From a bacterium (lineage in GTDB: Bacteria; UBA8248), in assembly GCA_965218885.1 (NCBI GenBank), contig OZ244713.1:240601-304600 (forward strand): DNA of 64,000 nt, given 5' to 3'. The number at the start of each line of letters is the position of its first letter. Within the stretch, counting starts at the first letter, position 1. Of this stretch, positions 59,755-64,000 are shown one piece after another. Position numbers and translations under genes: made by a program. The notes under the pieces were generated by a model that saw only the letters and a program-made list of their open reading frames with translations, was not told where the DNA came from and searched no databases.

Positions 59755-59876
59755 GGGCACTCCCCGACGAGTTACCGTCAGAAGTTGTGTATGAACTGAA
59801 TTGAAGAAGGCGGCGCATCCTGCTGAAATAGGGTTGTCCAAAGCCCGGTCATTCAGCACACAGGAGATGCTCCACC

Positions 59877-61010
59877 ATGAGAGAAGATACGACGATTTCT
59901 TTCCGGAATCCAGCCCTACGGGACAAGTTGAGCGAACTGGTGCGCGAGGGCGCGCAACGAATCATCCGCCAAGCGGTGGAAGCGGAGTTGGAGGCCTTTC
60001 TGGAAGGGTATGCGGCCGACCGTGACGCGCAAGGTCGACGCGCGGTGGTTCGCAACGGCTACCTGCCGTCGCGGGAGGTGTTGACGGGTGTGGGTCCGGT
60101 GCGTGTCCGGGTTCCGCGGACGCGGGACAGGTCGGGCGCGGGCCGGTGCTTCCGCTCGGAGTTGCTGCCGCCGTATTTGAAGAAGACGAGGCGTATGGAG
60201 GCGGTGATTCCGTGGCTGTACCTGAAGGGGGTATCGACGAACGACTTCGGTGAAGCGCTCACGGCGCTGTTCGGTGAGTCGGTGAAGGGATTGTCCCCGG
60301 CGAGCGTCGCGCGGCTCAAGGACGGCTGGGAGCGTGAGTACGCGCAGTGGCGCGAGCGCGACTGGGCAGAGGAGGAGTTCGTGTATCTGTGGGCGGACGG
60401 GATCTACGTGAACGTGCGCGGCGAGGAGCGGCGTTGTCTGCTAGTGGTTGTGGGTTGCGACGCGCGTGGCCGCAAGCGCTTCCTGGCCCTGGAATCCGGG
60501 TTCAGGGAGTCGAAGGAGAGCTGGAGGCGGTGCTGTTGAGCCTGCGGGACCGGGGCGTGAGGGCGGCGAAGCTGGCGGTGGGCGACGGTGGGCTGGGGTT
60601 GTGGTCGGCCCTGGCCGAGGTATATCCCGAAACCCGTGCGCAGCGCTGCTGGATGCACAAGACGGCGAACGTGCTCGACAGGCTACCCAAACGGGTTCAG
60701 GGCGAAGCGAAGTCGATGCTGCACGAGATATGGGGGTCGGACACCCGTGCGCATGCGAAGGAGGCTTTTGAGCGCTTCTGTGCCACCTGGGAGGCGAAGT
60801 ACCCGAAAGCCGCCGATTGCCTGGCGGGGGGACCGCGAGGAGTTGCTCGCCTTCTACGACTTCCCGGCGGCGCACTGGCAGAGTCTGCGGACGACGAACC
60901 CCATCGAATCGACCTTCGCCACCATCCGCCTACGGACGGCGAATACCAGGAACTGCCTGAGCGAGAAGACGACGCTAAGCCTTGTGCATCAACTCACCAA
61001 TAGGGCATAG
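59877..61010 (+). pseudogene. IS256-family (Mutator-type) transposase with two frameshifts, at G-runs near 60521-60527 and 60826-60831
   Basis: The three frames read in turn ...ALESGFRESKESW, then LEAVLLSLRDRGV...QRCWMHKTANVLDRLPK...KYPKAADCLA, then DREELLAFYDFPAAHWQSLRTTNPIESTFATIRLRT. Together these carry the canonical IS256 motifs. Confidence 0.8.
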
Positions 61011-61403
61011 AAGCGATAACGCAGTTTACGCGGCTTCCGAAAACTGGCCGACGTGAGGTTCATCGACGGAGTGGACGAAAGAGGTATGGGCAGGAGGGCT
61101 GCTGGATTCGAGACGGCCATACAACAGATTTGTGTATGGACGCGCCCAAGAATGCAAGCGTTGGCCCGGAGGTTTTGGTGCGTTATGGTCAGACTCATTC
61201 GTGTATACGGCCTCTCAATTGCGGCGTTTCACTATTACCGCGGGCCCGTATGGAAATGCGAGGATCGGGTCCGAATCGACCGTGCGAGCTTGAAAAACTC
61301 CAAAATCTGGTCCTGGTTTTCCCGACCCCGTCTCAATGACCGTTCGCCCCTACCTCCTCATTCGGCCTGCTCACATTCCCGCCGTGCTCCGCTCGCCTGC
61401 CGC

Positions 61404-62428
61404 TCAGGCGGCCGGCGCCGGCTCCCGGTAGAATTCTCTGTTCGTAATCAGCGCCCAGGCGATGCGCGCCATCCTGTTGGCCAGCGCCACCGCAACCAGC
61501 ATCTTGGGCTTACGCGCCAGCATCCGGGCCAGCCACGATCCGGGAGGCGCGCCTCGCCGGACCGCCCAGCGCACCACGCTCATCGCGCCCGTGATCAACA
61601 ACCGCCTCACGTCGCGCTGGCCCATCTTCGATATCCTGCCCAGTCGCGGCTTGCCTCCGGTCGAGTGCTGTCGCGGCACGAGACCGAGCCAGGCGGAGAA
61701 GTCCCGCCCCCGGCGGAAGCTCTCCATCGGCGGGGCGAAGGCCTGGATCGCCGACGCGCAGACCGGACCGACCCCCGGAATGCTCATCAGTCGTCTCGCT
61801 TCCTCATCCTCGTACGCGCTCGTGCGGAGTCGCCTCTCCAACTCCTGTATCTTCTCCTTCAGGCCGGCTATATGCGCGAGCAGAACCACGCCCAGTTCGC
61901 GGACCGCTTCGGGCAGCCCCGAATCCGAACCCCGAACCGCCGACGCCAATCGCGTGAGGTGCGCCGGCCCTTGCGGCGCGACGACCCCGAACTCCGCCAG
62001 ATGACCCCGCAGCGCGTTAATCGTCTGGGTACGCCGGCTTTCCAGCAAATCGCACGTGCGGTACAGCATCCCCCGGGCCTGCTGCGCTTCGCTCTTCACC
62101 GCCACGAACCTCATGCTTGGGCGGGAGGCCGCCTCGCAGATCGCCTCCGCATCCGCCGCGTCGTTCTTGTGGCGCTTGACAAAAGGCTTCACGTAGACCG
62201 GAGGGATGATCTTCACCTCGTGACCGAGTTCACCGATCTCGCGGCTCCAGTAGTGCGCGCTCGCGCATGCTTCCATCGCCACCAGACAACGCGACTGCGA
62301 GGCCAAAAATCCAGCACCTTTGTCCTGGTCAACTTCTTGCGGAACGCGACCGACCCGTCCGCACGAGCTCCGTGGAGTTGAAAACCCTGTTTCGCCAAGT
62401 CGATGCCGATAATGTGGACCTGTTCCAT
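61404..62428 (-). pseudogene. IS110-family transposase, frameshifted at an A5/T5 run (62305-62309)
   Basis: The N-terminal frame reads MEQVHIIGIDLAKQGFQLHGARADGSVAFRKKLTRTKVLDF. The shifted frame continues LASQSRCLVAMEACASAHYWSREIGELGHEVKIIPPVYVKPFVKRHKNDAADAEAI...INALRGHLAEFG, which carries the IS110 motifs. Confidence 0.8.
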
Positions 62429-63244
62429 GGTCGTTCCTCCCTGCCGGGCGGTAGACGATGTCGTCTCGCCCAAGTGTGATGTTGCCGGGAAGGCGCGTCC
62501 ATCCCATCGGCCGTAACTCGGTCACGGGATACTTCAGAATTCTTTGTTCGAAAACCAGCAAATCGAAATTCATGCTATTTCAATCTTCAATCCATGACAA
62601 TCATCTGTAACCTGAAACTTCGAGAAGTGTCGACGGAAAGCGCGATTGATTCAACCCTGATAAATATGAATGCTCTTTACGACTCCAAACGATATTTTCT
62701 GTTTTGTGCATTTGATATCAACCCCCGCCAATCATTGAGGGGATTAGCGAGTCTTCCGCCCGTTTAGAGACAGTGGGGGATATCCGACGGGCGGGGAATC
62801 CTTATAGTTTGTTGAAAGTATTGCGGGTATTGGTTTTTTTTGAGTTTCGATTGAGACCCGGTTTTCGCAATATGTAATCAAAGCGGTAGCGGGTGAATTC
62901 AAACTCGTGCGCAACCTGGAGCATTCCTGTCGGAGCGTCTTCGTAATGGTTCAGTCGTGGGGTGATGACGGTCTCGAAAGCACCTGCCCAAATCGACTAC
63001 GCTGCGGAATACCAATAACTTTCTCCGGAACTGGCAACGATATCACCCGATGACTGAACTTTTACGCGTCTTCGTATCCGTTCGTTCGTCCCGTGGTGGG
63101 CGTGGTTCCGCGCGGTGACGTTTGGGGAATGGCGGCATGGCAGTTGATCTGCTCTTCGTGGTGACCAGCCCCACGTCCCAGGAGACGCACCTCGCCCGCT
63201 TGGCGGCCCATGTGCGCTACCCCCTCGCCGAGCTGAGCCAGTCC

Positions 63245-64000
63245 CTAGTCCTCGACCATGTAGGCCAAGCACCAGGCGCCCAGCCCCAGGTGGGTGGCGA
63301 AGATCGGGGCCGTGGGGCCGCCGAGGATGTCCACGTCGCCGTAGCGCGCGTGCAGGGCGGCCGAGACCTGCTCGACGATCTCCGGGCACCCGACGTGCAC
63401 CACGCCGAAGCGGAGTTTCTTTGCACCGGCCGGGATGCGGTCCTCCAGAAGACCGAGAACCGCCGGAAGCACCTTTTTGCGGCCGATCACCTTGCCGACC
63501 GGACCGACCTTCCCCTCCTCGGTCAGCGACAGGATGGGCTTCACCCCCAGCATGCCCCCGAACCAGGCCTGGCCCTTCCCCACCCTCCCCGAGTGCAGCA
63601 GGCGGTCGAAGGTATCCACGGTGGCGAAAATGCCGGACTGGTCGCGCACGCGGGAGAGTTCGGCCAGGATCTCGCCGGCGCTCGTCCCGCTCTCCGCCAG
63701 TTCCGCCGCCTTCAGCACGAGCAGCCCCTCGAGAATCGACACTCCGCAGGAGTCGAAAAGGTGCACCGGCGCCTCGTCGAAGGTCCGCGCCGCCGCTTCC
63801 GCAGAACCGAAGGTGCCGGACACGCCGCTTCCAAGCACGACGCCCAGTATCTGGTCGCCGTCCTCGGCGGCCCGCGCGAAGCCGTCCACGAAGGCCTGCG
63901 GCGGAGGCTGCGAGGTTGTGGGCAGTTCTCCGCCGGCGTCGCGCATCTTCTCGTGGAATTCCTCCGCGGTGATGTCGATGCCGTCGCGCAGGGGGCGGCC
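63245..64000 (-). CDS. DegV-family (fatty-acid-binding) protein, N-terminus beyond window end
   Basis: GVVLGSGVSGTF, SGIFATVDTF and the C-terminal ILGGPTAPIFATHLGLGAW are DegV blocks. The frame stays open to position 64000. Confidence 0.7.
   Translation of the reverse strand, partial: GRPLRDGIDITAEEFHEKMRDAGGELPTTSQPPPQAFVDGFARAAEDGDQILGVVLGSGVSGTFGSAEAAARTFDEAPVHLFDSCGVSILEGLLVLKAAELAESGTSAGEILAELSRVRDQSGIFATVDTFDRLLHSGRVGKGQAWFGGMLGVKPILSLTEEGKVGPVGKVIGRKKVLPAVLGLLEDRIPAGAKKLRFGVVHVGCPEIVEQVSAALHARYGDVDILGGPTAPIFATHLGLGAWCLAYMVED

Larger units (their letters stand above)
59780..62580. mobile_element. Nested/adjacent IS256-family and IS110-family insertion sequences upstream of hyuB (boundaries approximate)
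   Basis: Two transposase genes of different families lie back to back. The GC drops beyond 62580. I did not identify terminal inverted repeats. Confidence 0.5.

Noticed and set aside
1-64000. CRISPR arrays, tRNA or rRNA genes
   Set aside because: I saw no spacer-repeat periodicity or cloverleaf-capable segments. The only tandem repeats are protein-coding (the DUF4384 duplication and Ala-rich codon repeats).

Overview
This is a high-GC bacterial chromosomal segment with visibly AT-rich islands, and it is mostly protein-coding on both strands. I found no rRNA, tRNA or CRISPR array.

**1-8.3 kb, minus strand.** One apparent operon encodes a selenoprotein of the UGSC family with an in-frame TGA. 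A conserved hypothetical protein follows it with a 4-nt overlap. Downstream come a five-gene Opp/Dpp-type peptide ABC importer and an M20 peptidase, which is cut by the window start.

**8.6-9.7 kb.** This is a decayed islet. It holds the last ~64 codons of a tyrosine integrase and one low-GC gene for a membrane-anchored protein.

**9.9-18.1 kb.** An amino-acid-derivative metabolism cluster sits here. It contains a zinc-ribbon threonine-synthase-family PLP enzyme, AzlCD, a creatininase-family protein, a UxaA-family protein and an M20 deacylase. It is followed by a nitrosative-stress-type operon: an Rrf2/NsrR-like regulator, a group-III truncated haemoglobin and a DUF1971 protein. A near-perfect AT palindrome sits at the regulator promoter. 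An isochorismatase-family hydrolase gene ends this stretch.

**18.6-24.3 kb.** This stretch contains a small membrane protein gene, msrA and pyruvate carboxylase.

**24.8-49.2 kb.** This looks like an integrative mobilizable element of about 24.4 kb. It is bracketed by a 17-bp exact direct repeat (24809-24825 and 49214-49230).
- The backbone carries two tandem P4-type integrases, HU, a frameshifted TrwC/MobF relaxase, a novel protein with four zinc-ribbon repeats, SSB, DUF4326 and a SLOG/DUF2493 protein. Its non-coding regions are dense with hairpins.
- The ~11 kb cargo encodes only exported or envelope proteins: an Ala-rich autotransporter-like outer-membrane protein, two DUF4384 proteins (one an internal tandem duplication), an OmpA-caspase(C14)-DUF4384 protein, a WD40-caspase, a small secreted protein that duplicates the WD40-caspase leader motif, an alpha/beta-hydrolase lipoprotein and a Cys-rich secreted protein.
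- This cargo is the best candidate for an undescribed envelope-located caspase-based system.

**49.3-64 kb.** This stretch holds an MMPL/RND transporter with a problematic N-terminus, an SDR, and an IS630 remnant. Then come a frameshifted class-IV aminotransferase with hyuA and hyuB, nested IS256 and IS110 copies (both frameshifted), and a partial DegV.

**Caveat.** Every frameshift I traced falls in a short homopolymer run. Sequencing or assembly indels are therefore as likely as real pseudogenisation.
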